A stretch of 64,000 bases of DNA from Acidobacteriota bacterium (lineage in GTDB: Bacteria > Acidobacteriota > UBA890 > WLXD01): NCBI GenBank assembly GCA_965205505.1, contig CBDBHB010000009.1:2816001-2880000 (forward strand), written 5' to 3'. Shown here one piece after another: positions 55,917 through 64,000 of this stretch. A program made the translations under genes and the position numbers. Numbering within the stretch: the stretch's first letter is position 1; each line of letters opens with the position of its first letter. The notes under the pieces were generated by a model, which was given only the letters and a program-made list of their open reading frames with translations, made no database searches and was not told the DNA's origin.

Positions 55917-57011
55917 ATGGCGCTCAAGAAACTTCTGACAGATCCCCTCAACTGGCTCCTGCTCTTACTAGCGGCGGCCTTCGGCTACTACATCTTCGCG
56001 GTGCCGTACTTCACCAACTTCTACTTGAAGACACCGCAGCAGCTGACCTTGGCCGAGTACCTTGCGAGTCCGAGCCATCCGCGGCCGTTCATGCTGCACG
56101 CGCTGAGTGCCCCGCCGCCGAGCATCGAGGTGGTGGTCACCGGGCTGCGGGTCTCGCATGTTGACCAGGACTCGATCATGCTCGTGGATGCCGATGCGGC
56201 AGCGCCGGCGACGACGCCGGTCGCGGTCCCGTCGGCGACCTCGGATGAGGGGACGGACGGCGAGGACGCCGCTGAGGATCAAGGCGCCGCCGACGCCGAG
56301 CCGGTGCTCACGTTCCAGCAAGAGGGGTCGCCCCCTTCCGGGCAGATCATCATTCCCGGAGACAATCTCGATCTGCTAGCCATAACGGTCGGGCAGGAAA
56401 TCGATCTCCGGGTCAATGGCCTCTACGAGAGCCCACTTGGATGGGTACCGCAGAACCCGGCACTCGATCGCAACGACGAGGAGCTGTTTACGAAGGAGGA
56501 GCTCGACGCCCTCGAGTTCATGCGCGTGCTCGTGGATGGCAACGAAATCCAGATGCCGTACATTCCGGCGGATGACCTGCGCTTCGCCGCCAGCGTGCAT
56601 CCGTTGGGCACGCCGATGACCCTCGAGGAGTTGGCGAACGACACCACCTACATTCAGACCGTCCAGCGGTTGGCCGGCGGCACCGTCGATGTGTACGACG
56701 TGCGACTCACTGAGAAGCGTTTCATCGAGCGTGCTCCGTACTTCGTTGTCGAGGACGGGGAAGGCCGGAGGGCGCAGGTTTTCTTCAACTCGCGCTTGCT
56801 GTCGGAATGGTACTGGGCGCTCGATCGCCTGGGTGGCCAGGGCATCGTGGCCCGAGGTACGCTGCGTCCCTTCACCCCAAGTGATCTACGACAACTCGAG
56901 TCTGACGACAATATCCAGGTGGTCATGGACGGCTATGCTCTTCTGTCGCGCGACGGCACCACCGTGGTGAGCCTCGAGAACCCGCTCGGCGGCTTCGGCG
57001 CCAGCCAGTAG
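55917..57011 (+). CDS. Membrane-anchored hypothetical protein
   Basis: N-terminal transmembrane segment and an acidic soluble part; long ORF with GC-rich third positions. Confidence 0.7.
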   Translation: MALKKLLTDPLNWLLLLLAAAFGYYIFAVPYFTNFYLKTPQQLTLAEYLASPSHPRPFMLHALSAPPPSIEVVVTGLRVSHVDQDSIMLVDADAAAPATTPVAVPSATSDEGTDGEDAAEDQGAADAEPVLTFQQEGSPPSGQIIIPGDNLDLLAITVGQEIDLRVNGLYESPLGWVPQNPALDRNDEELFTKEELDALEFMRVLVDGNEIQMPYIPADDLRFAASVHPLGTPMTLEELANDTTYIQTVQRLAGGTVDVYDVRLTEKRFIERAPYFVVEDGEGRRAQVFFNSRLLSEWYWALDRLGGQGIVARGTLRPFTPSDLRQLESDDNIQVVMDGYALLSRDGTTVVSLENPLGGFGASQ

Positions 57012-57032
57012 CCTTTACCTCGATCGCGATCG

Positions 57033-57599
57033 ATGGTCCCGACGCGGCAGCAGGCCTGGGCGTTGCTCAGCGAGCACACGCAGAACGCCAACCTCGTCAA
57101 GCACGCGCTCGGTGTGGAAGCTGCCATGCGCGGCTACGCACGGCACTTCGAAGAGGACGAGGAGCTGTGGGGAGTCGTCGGGCTGCTGCACGACTTCGAC
57201 TACGAGGAGCACCCCTCTTTGGAGGAGCACCCCTACGTGGGTGCCAGGATCCTGCGCGAGCTCGGGTACGCGGAGGAGATCGTCCACGCGATTCTGGGGC
57301 ACTCGGATCATACCGGCGTCGAGCGGACGAGCCGCCTAGACCAGACGCTTTATGCCGTGGACGAGCTCGTAGGGCTTATCGTCGCGGTGGCGCTCGTGCG
57401 TCCGAGCAAGTCGGTGGTCGATCTTCCGGTAAAGTCGATCATCAAGAAGTTCAAGGACAAGGCGTTCTGTCGCGCCATCGATCGCGAGCACCTGCGCGCC
57501 GGCGCCGCCGAGCTCGGTGTTGACATGAAGGAGCACGTGGCCTGCATCGTCGAGTCGCTGCGCTCCATCGCCCCCGAGCTCGGCCTGGCAGGGCGCTGA
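57033..57599 (+). CDS. HDIG/HD-domain hydrolase
   Basis: KHAL.VEA.M, GLLHDFDYE, H, AI.GH, DEL.G. Confidence 0.88.
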   Translation: MVPTRQQAWALLSEHTQNANLVKHALGVEAAMRGYARHFEEDEELWGVVGLLHDFDYEEHPSLEEHPYVGARILRELGYAEEIVHAILGHSDHTGVERTSRLDQTLYAVDELVGLIVAVALVRPSKSVVDLPVKSIIKKFKDKAFCRAIDREHLRAGAAELGVDMKEHVACIVESLRSIAPELGLAGR

Positions 57600-57671
57600 A
57601 GAACTCGGGCCGGTCGGGTGCAGGCGCCCCACCAGAGTTCTTCAGCACCCCTCCGAGAGCAAACGGTGCCG

Positions 57672-58985
57672 TCAGCCTTCGTGGTCTCTTCCGAGCACCA
57701 GTCCGGCGCTGGCGGCGAAGGGCAATGTGGTCGCGAAGAGCAGAACCATGAGTACTTCCGAGTCAGAAAAGTTGTACTCGAACAGCCCCATCGTGAGGAA
57801 TGCCCCGAGGGCGGCCAGGGCAGCGCGGGCCTCCGGCCCACCTTCGGCGAAGGGCCCCGTGTAGCGCAGAACTCGCCAGGCGCCGACGGCGAATGCGGCC
57901 ATGAGCCACAGCCAAGTCGCCAATCCGAGCAAGCCGCGCTCGGCCGCCAGGTGCAGCGCGTCGTTGTGCAAGTGAGGGTTGGTCTCTTTCGCCGCCCATT
58001 CCACCCGCCAGGCGGGGTAGACGCGGGGAATCAGCCCTGGCCCGACACCGAGAAGAGGATGCGCCTGGATGATGCGCAACCCGGTTGCTGCCATCGCCAG
58101 CCGATCGAGGTTCGTCGGGTTGTCGAGGGTGAAAATGCTCGCGCCACGCTCGTACAGTGCTTCCGGACCGGCGAGCATCAGCAATACCACGCCTCCGACG
58201 ACGACACCGATGAGCAGCAGCACTACGTATGCGGCCCATCGGCGAGGCGGCGGGCCGCCGCCGGCTGAGCGGCTGGGCACGAACCGCAAGCCGAACCAAA
58301 GTGCGAGGCCGACCAAGCAACCGATCCAGGCAGAACGCGTCATCGTGAGACCAATGACGACGAGCGCTCCCAAGGCCAGCGCACGGTGGAGCATGCCGAC
58401 CCATCCGTCGCGCAGCACCAGAAGCGTCGGAATCGCCAACATCAATGCTCCCGCATACGTCATGTAGTGCCCGAGCGTGCCATCTGGACGATACGCTCCC
58501 GGGAACTCGCCTCGTTGAACCGCCAGCACGGTGCCCAACAGCCCAACGACGATCGCTATCAACACGCCGATTCCGAGAGCGCGCAATCCGAGCCGGCGCA
58601 TCGATGGGTGCCGGTAAGCAAGGTAGGTGACCATCGGGGCCGCGAATAGGAATACCTCTCGCAAGGACCAGAGGCTCTCGACAGGTGCGCGCGACGCCAG
58701 GGCGGAGATCATCGAAACCCCCCAGAACGCCATCAGAGGGGTACCGACAAGAGAGAAAACGTCACCGGCGGGGCCGCGCGCCGGCGGCTCAGGTACGGAG
58801 CCGGCGCGCGCCAACTCCAACCGGAGCCAGTTGGCGCACCACAGGACCAGGGAGGTCCACAGCGCGATCTCCGCCACGGCAATCGAAAGCGGAATCGCCA
58901 GTGCCCACAGCAGCGCCACGCCGAGAAAGACCTGGCCCCAGGGATCGCGACCGACCCGTGAGCTGGCAAACGCGGGGAGTCGAAT
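57672..58985 (-). CDS. O-antigen ligase (Wzy_C) family protein, apparent ATT start
   Basis: Multiple transmembrane segments, TRSAWIG, HPLLGVG, HLHND.L..AAERG; AGGAGGT 6 nt before in-frame ATT 58985 (first GTG 58919). Confidence 0.85.
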   Translation of the reverse strand: MRLPAFASSRVGRDPWGQVFLGVALLWALAIPLSIAVAEIALWTSLVLWCANWLRLELARAGSVPEPPARGPAGDVFSLVGTPLMAFWGVSMISALASRAPVESLWSLREVFLFAAPMVTYLAYRHPSMRRLGLRALGIGVLIAIVVGLLGTVLAVQRGEFPGAYRPDGTLGHYMTYAGALMLAIPTLLVLRDGWVGMLHRALALGALVVIGLTMTRSAWIGCLVGLALWFGLRFVPSRSAGGGPPPRRWAAYVVLLLIGVVVGGVVLLMLAGPEALYERGASIFTLDNPTNLDRLAMAATGLRIIQAHPLLGVGPGLIPRVYPAWRVEWAAKETNPHLHNDALHLAAERGLLGLATWLWLMAAFAVGAWRVLRYTGPFAEGGPEARAALAALGAFLTMGLFEYNFSDSEVLMVLLFATTLPFAASAGLVLGRDHEG

Positions 58986-59054
58986 GGCTACACCTCCTGA
59001 TGAGGCTCGATACTACCGTCGCTAGCGCGCCGTTGTCGGTAGAATGGTCGTTCG

Positions 59055-59339
59055 ATGAGCATGGTTCAACGCGTTCGCCTGAGAATTCGAGGGCGGGTAC
59101 AGGGAGTGTATTACCGCGCCCACGCGCGTACCGCAGCGACACGACTCGCTTTGCGAGGGTGGGTGCGCAACTGCGACAACGGGGCCGTGGAAGCTGTGGT
59201 GGAGGGACCACCCGCAACAGTGGAGGACTTCATCGCGTGGTGCCATCAAGGCTCGCCGACCGCACGGGTAGATCGGCTCGAAGTGAGCGACGAGCCTGAC
59301 GAGGCTGCGCTGGCGAGCAGTTTTGACGTCGTATTCTAG
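59055..59339 (+). CDS. acyP: Acylphosphatase
   Basis: GRVQGV.YR, GWVRN..NG.VE, GSP.ARV. Confidence 0.93.
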   Translation: MSMVQRVRLRIRGRVQGVYYRAHARTAATRLALRGWVRNCDNGAVEAVVEGPPATVEDFIAWCHQGSPTARVDRLEVSDEPDEAALASSFDVVF

Positions 59340-59477
59340 ATGAGAAGGCCAACCTCCTTGGGCTTCGAGCCCGTTGCGTTTGCTTAAACGTTTGCAGAGC
59401 CGTCAGGCTACTGCGTCAGGAGGTTGGCCTTCTCATCTCATCTAGGTCTTGGACGAGGAAAAGGCGGGGGCGGGCGG

Positions 59478-61244
59478 ATGGCGCAACGGCGGAGTACCTG
59501 GACATGGGTGATCCTGGGGTTCCTGTTGTTGGTATTGCTGTTCTGGTGGGCGACCCAGTTTCTCAATCGCGCCGTCCTCGGACAGCGGGGGAGTCTAGGC
59601 ACAGACAATGTGCTAGAGGTCAGTCTGGTGGGGCAGGTCGTGGAACGACCAGCTTACCTCTGGGGCAGCCGCTCGATCGGTCCGCTGTCGGTTCGAGAGA
59701 TCGATAACGCGCTGCGGCGAGCGGCCGATGACCCGCGCGTCTCCGCCGCCGTGTTGCGCGTCGGTCCGATGCTCGGCGGCTTCGCGAAAGCGCAAGAGAT
59801 TCGTTCTGCTGTGCACGCGTTCCGCGACTCAGGCAAGCCGGTGGTGGCGATGCTCGAGCTCGGCACGCTGATCGATCTGTACGTCGCTTCAGCTGCGGAC
59901 ACGCTGGTTCAGGTGCCGACCGGTAGCTTCGTGCTGGGACTGGCCGCCCGCACGCAGTACTACCGAGAGTTGCTCGACAAGCTCGGGATAGAGTTCGAGA
60001 CGTTCGCCACCGGGCCCTATAAGTCGGCGATGAACCCGTACACGAAGACCGGCATGAGCGACGAAGAGCGGGAGGTGTTGGAGAGCCTGCTCGATAGCAT
60101 CTATGGCCAGATCCTCGACGGCATCGCCGAGGATCGGGATCTCGACCGGGGAACAGTGCAGGCGGCGGTCGACCGCGGCATCCTCCCGGCAGCTGCGGCT
60201 CGGGAGCTGGGCCTCGTCGACGAGCTGGGCTTCCACGACAGCCTCGCCGATGTCCTTGCGGGTGGCGACGCTCAACGCGTCAGCGTTCGCGATTACTGGG
60301 AGCTTGCCGGACCCAGCGGATGGAGCCTGGGGCGTCCGGCCATCGCTCTGGTTCACGTCGACGGGCTGATCCTGCCAGGCGACGTCACCAACGATCCGTT
60401 CGGTGGTGCGGTTGCCGGTGGCGATACGATCGCCCGGGCCATCCGGAGGGCGCGTCAAAGCGCTAGCGTGCGCGCGATCGTCGTGCGAGTTGACAGTCCG
60501 GGAGGGGCGGTCACGGCGTCGGATGTGATCTGGCGCGAAGCAGCGCTGGCGGCGGAGTCCATGCCGGTTATCGTGAGCATGTCCGACGTCGCCGCGTCGG
60601 GCGGGTATTGGATTGCCACTGCCGGAACTCGCGTCCTTGCCGACGGTGCTACCTATACCGGCTCGATCGGCGTGACCATGGGTCGTTACAACCTGGCTGG
60701 CGCCTACGCCAAGCTCGGCATCGCCAATGATGCCGTCACGCGTGGTGCTAACGCTGGCCTTTTTCTCGACTCGCGGAGGCTGTCGTCGTCAGAGCGCGAG
60801 GTTATCGAGGCTTCCATCGCGGAGACCTACAACACCTTCCTCGAGAAAGTGGCTGACGCCCGCGATCTGAGCTTGGCCGAGGTTGAACGGCTGGCCGCTG
60901 GGCGAGTATGGACCGGCCAGCAGGCTCTCGAAGTGGGCCTGGTCGACGAGATCGGCGGACTGCGCGCAGCCCTCAGCGCCGCCCGGCGCGCTGCAGGCAT
61001 CGATGCTCGCACCGAGGTGGATGTGCAGGTATATCCGCGACAACGCACCATGTTCGAGCAGATCGGCGGTCTTCTGACCGGCGCTGGCGCGGCGGCGGCT
61101 CCCGTTTGGACGGTCGACGAACTCTCGATCGTCATCCCAGATCCCGCAGCCCTGGCCCGCCGAATGGCGTTGCTGCGCTTGATGAGCTCGGGCAGCGCGC
61201 GGTGGGCGCTGATCGACGGACCCGTCCCAACTCCGGTTCACTGA
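59478..61244 (+). CDS. sppA: Signal peptide peptidase SppA (long type)
   Basis: Two S49 domains, G.YKSA, RVDSPGG, AASGGYW, TGSIGV, GRVWTG. Confidence 0.92.
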   Translation: MAQRRSTWTWVILGFLLLVLLFWWATQFLNRAVLGQRGSLGTDNVLEVSLVGQVVERPAYLWGSRSIGPLSVREIDNALRRAADDPRVSAAVLRVGPMLGGFAKAQEIRSAVHAFRDSGKPVVAMLELGTLIDLYVASAADTLVQVPTGSFVLGLAARTQYYRELLDKLGIEFETFATGPYKSAMNPYTKTGMSDEEREVLESLLDSIYGQILDGIAEDRDLDRGTVQAAVDRGILPAAAARELGLVDELGFHDSLADVLAGGDAQRVSVRDYWELAGPSGWSLGRPAIALVHVDGLILPGDVTNDPFGGAVAGGDTIARAIRRARQSASVRAIVVRVDSPGGAVTASDVIWREAALAAESMPVIVSMSDVAASGGYWIATAGTRVLADGATYTGSIGVTMGRYNLAGAYAKLGIANDAVTRGANAGLFLDSRRLSSSEREVIEASIAETYNTFLEKVADARDLSLAEVERLAAGRVWTGQQALEVGLVDEIGGLRAALSAARRAAGIDARTEVDVQVYPRQRTMFEQIGGLLTGAGAAAAPVWTVDELSIVIPDPAALARRMALLRLMSSGSARWALIDGPVPTPVH

Positions 61245-61248
61245 CGCG

Positions 61249-63354
61249 GTGGCGCGGAAGTTTGTAATCCCACGCCGTGCCGGCCCTGAGCTCGATGTGG
61301 ACTTCGAGGGCGACCTCAACGAGCAGCAATACAACGCCGTAAGCAGTGGCGACGGTGGGAAGCTGGTAATCGCCGGCGCCGGCACGGGCAAGACGCGTAC
61401 GCTGACCTATCGCGTCGCCTGGCTGCTTGCTCGCGGCGTGCCCGCCGATGCGATCCTTCTCGTCACGTTCACCAACAAGGCGGCACGCGAAATGGTGGGC
61501 CGGGTCCGCGAGTTGACAAGCGTGGAGACCGACCGTCTATGGGGCGGGACATTCCACTCCGTGGGAGCAAAGGTCTTGCGGCGGCACGGGGCATTGCTCG
61601 GCTTCACCGACTCGTTCTCCATCCTCGATGAGGGTGACCAGCGCGATCTCATCCGACTGTGCATCACAGACGTCGGTGTGGAAGTCGAGCGGCGACGTTT
61701 TCCATCTCCGAAGGTGCTGGGATCGCTGATTTCGCTGCACGTCAACTCGCGCACGGAGCTGTCCGATCTGTTGGCAGAGCGTTTTCCGCGCTTCTTTGAC
61801 TGGGAAGAGCAGATCACAGCGGTCTCTCGAAGGTACGCAGAGCGCAAGCTGGCAGCAAACGCGATGGATTATGACGACCTGCTGGTGATGTGGCTGCGCC
61901 TACTCCGTGAGGTGCCAGAGGTGCGCCGCCGCTACGGTCAGCAGCTGCGATACGTGCTCGTCGACGAGTACCAGGACACCAACCTGATTCAGGGCGAGCT
62001 TGTAGAGACGCTGGCGCGTGAGAACGGCGGCAACCTGATGGTCGTGGGCGACGATTGCCAGAGCATCTACTCCTTCCGCGGTGCTCACTACGACAACATC
62101 CTCGGCTTTGCGGAACGTCATCCGAACGCCGAGGTCTTCAAGCTGGAGATCAACTACCGCTCGACTCCGGAGATCCTGCGGCTGACCAACGCGAGCATCG
62201 GCTTCAACACCGGCCAATATCAGAAGGAGCTACGGGCACGACGCCAGTCAGGGCAACTACCCGCCGTGGTGCCGTGCAACTATGCCGAGCAGGAGGGCGC
62301 CTTCGTGGCGGAACGCATCCTGCAGCTGCGCGACGAGGGGACGCCCCTGAACGGCATCGCGGTGCTGTATCGAGCGCATTCGCACCGGCTCTCTGTCGAG
62401 ACCACACTGCTCCGCTACGACATCCCTTATGACGTTCGTGGCGGCGTGCGCTTTTTTGAGCAGGCGCATGTGAAGGACGTCACGGCGCATCTGCGGCTGG
62501 TCGACAACCCACGCGACGAGATCGCGTTTCGGCGTGCCCTCATGCTTCAAAGAGGAATCGGCAACGTCACCGCCCGCCGCTTGTGGGAGGCGCTGACAAC
62601 GGCGAGCTCGGCCGACGAGCTGATTGTCCAGCTCTGTTCGGAACGCATTGGTCGTCTGCTGCCACGACGTGCCCACGACGCCTGGGACGCCTTTGTTGCG
62701 CGACTGCAGACGGTGGCCGCGTACCCAGCCGAGCCAGAGGCGGCTATCCGTGCCGTGATCGAGGGCGGCTACGACGAGTTCGCGGCCACCCAGTTCACCA
62801 ACTACGAGTCGCGAGTCGAGGACCTCGAGCAGCTGGCCCTGTTCGCAGCGCAGTATGAGTCGATCGGCGCGTTCCTGGAGGAGCTGGTCCTGCTCGGGGA
62901 GCTTTACGGACAAGATGTGCGCAGCGGCGGCGAACCGACCGAGGCGCGGGTGGTGTTGTCGACCGTCCATCAAGCCAAGGGGCTCGAGTGGTGTGTGGTG
63001 TTCGCCATTCACCTGGTCGAGGGTGCGCTACCGAGCCCGCGATCGCTGGACGAAGCGGGCGGGGAAGAGGAGGAGCGTCGGATCTTCTACGTCGCCATGA
63101 CGCGAGCCCGCGACGAGCTATATCTGAGCTATCCGATCGTGCGGCCGGGCGGAACGGGCGGTGCGTTGCTGCAGCAGCCTTCGCGGTTCCTTCAGGAGTT
63201 GCCGCGTGAGCTACTGGAACCATGGGAGCTGTTCGAGGCAGACAGCACCAGGCAGATCGCGCCCAATACTCCAGACTCCGTGGCCAAGACGGTCAGCGAC
63301 GAGTACGACCCCAACGTCGACCCGCTGTGGGACGACGAAGACTACCCCCAATGA
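61249..63354 (+). CDS. UvrD/PcrA family ATP-dependent DNA helicase
   Basis: AGAGTGKT, TFTNKAA, VDEYQD, GDD.QSIYSFRGA, NYRS, TVHQAKGLE, YVAMTRA. Confidence 0.93.
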   Translation: MARKFVIPRRAGPELDVDFEGDLNEQQYNAVSSGDGGKLVIAGAGTGKTRTLTYRVAWLLARGVPADAILLVTFTNKAAREMVGRVRELTSVETDRLWGGTFHSVGAKVLRRHGALLGFTDSFSILDEGDQRDLIRLCITDVGVEVERRRFPSPKVLGSLISLHVNSRTELSDLLAERFPRFFDWEEQITAVSRRYAERKLAANAMDYDDLLVMWLRLLREVPEVRRRYGQQLRYVLVDEYQDTNLIQGELVETLARENGGNLMVVGDDCQSIYSFRGAHYDNILGFAERHPNAEVFKLEINYRSTPEILRLTNASIGFNTGQYQKELRARRQSGQLPAVVPCNYAEQEGAFVAERILQLRDEGTPLNGIAVLYRAHSHRLSVETTLLRYDIPYDVRGGVRFFEQAHVKDVTAHLRLVDNPRDEIAFRRALMLQRGIGNVTARRLWEALTTASSADELIVQLCSERIGRLLPRRAHDAWDAFVARLQTVAAYPAEPEAAIRAVIEGGYDEFAATQFTNYESRVEDLEQLALFAAQYESIGAFLEELVLLGELYGQDVRSGGEPTEARVVLSTVHQAKGLEWCVVFAIHLVEGALPSPRSLDEAGGEEEERRIFYVAMTRARDELYLSYPIVRPGGTGGALLQQPSRFLQELPRELLEPWELFEADSTRQIAPNTPDSVAKTVSDEYDPNVDPLWDDEDYPQ

Positions 63355-63427
63355 GTCGAGCTTGGGTTGCGCGCAAGGTCCCCGCGGTACTTTGACCCTC
63401 GGGCAGCGACCATGCTAGCTTCGACTC

Positions 63428-63874
63428 ATGGGGTTGGGCAGTTGGTTCTCTGTTGCTCGGGGCCGGGCGGCTCGGCGAGCGCCGACAAGCGTGGCACGCT
63501 CGTCGAGGACGTGTCTCGCAGGCGTGTTGGTGCTCGGCGTACTTCTAGCGCCCCTGGTTGGATCGGTCCTGGCGGCACAGGATCTTCGCCTGGGTGAGCA
63601 CGAATTCGATTGGAGTGCGGTCGAGCAAGAGCGGGCTCACTTCCGTTGGTCTGCCGAGGTCATCAACGACACGACCCGCGCGTTCGACGTCGAGGTGGCG
63701 ATCGATTTACTCGACGACGACGACGGCGTGCTGCACACCGACAGCGGAACAGTGACGGTGGTGGCGGGCGAGGTCGTAACCGTTGACCATGAGGGTTCGA
63801 TGCCCTTCGATGGCGCCGCCGACGTGGTGTCGTTTCGGTTTCGACTGCTGCCGAGCCCGCCTGCGTCTCGCTGA
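63428..63874 (+). CDS. Secreted hypothetical beta-sandwich-like protein (start uncertain)
   Basis: Signal-like hydrophobic stretch followed by an acidic beta-rich domain. Confidence 0.6.
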   Translation: MGLGSWFSVARGRAARRAPTSVARSSRTCLAGVLVLGVLLAPLVGSVLAAQDLRLGEHEFDWSAVEQERAHFRWSAEVINDTTRAFDVEVAIDLLDDDDGVLHTDSGTVTVVAGEVVTVDHEGSMPFDGAADVVSFRFRLLPSPPASR

Positions 63875-64000
63875 CCGACGTAACAAAACGCGAAATTCGA
63901 CCTCGTATGACCTCGAACCGTCGCCAGAGCCATGAGTCGGCTGGCGGCCGCTGGCGCTTCTTGCTATAAACGCGCCTCTATGTCGGCACGTCGTTCATCT

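Noticed and set aside
63980-63998. ATGTCGGCACGTCG as a second parS-like site
   Set aside because: Only a half-site; more likely the ATG of the next gene after a TGCTATAAA -10 box

Overview
A GC-rich (visually about two-thirds G+C) bacterial chromosome segment. DUF6600/FecR, acidobacterial-type VWA and acyl-CoA synthetase-ACP-PlsC proteins suggest Acidobacteriota or a similar lineage (inference only). It holds about 53 mostly housekeeping CDS: trpS, dgt, glnA, queG, moeA, trmI, nth, clpB-dnaJ-lon, rarA, tsaC, miaB, parAB, fixCX, polX, greA, sppA and a UvrD helicase. I saw no rRNA, tRNA, CRISPR array, prophage or transposase. The most interesting signals are non-coding. (1) A modular family of CTAG-bounded MITE-like elements has three terminal types, a shared covarying hairpin core, one nested insertion, and ends sitting on TAG stop codons. 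(2) A ParAB pair has a non-canonical ParB recognition helix and is followed by a perfect 22-bp palindrome, a candidate new parS. (3) A four-hairpin RNA with C-rich loops and its own promoter lies upstream of trpS. (4) A probably non-cleavable LexA has tandem TACC-N12-GGTA boxes and sits ahead of clpB-dnaJ-lon. (5) There are apparent CTG/ATT start codons, many probable leaderless genes, and a DnaA-box/AT-rich locus. All calls come from reading motifs by eye; no searches were run.
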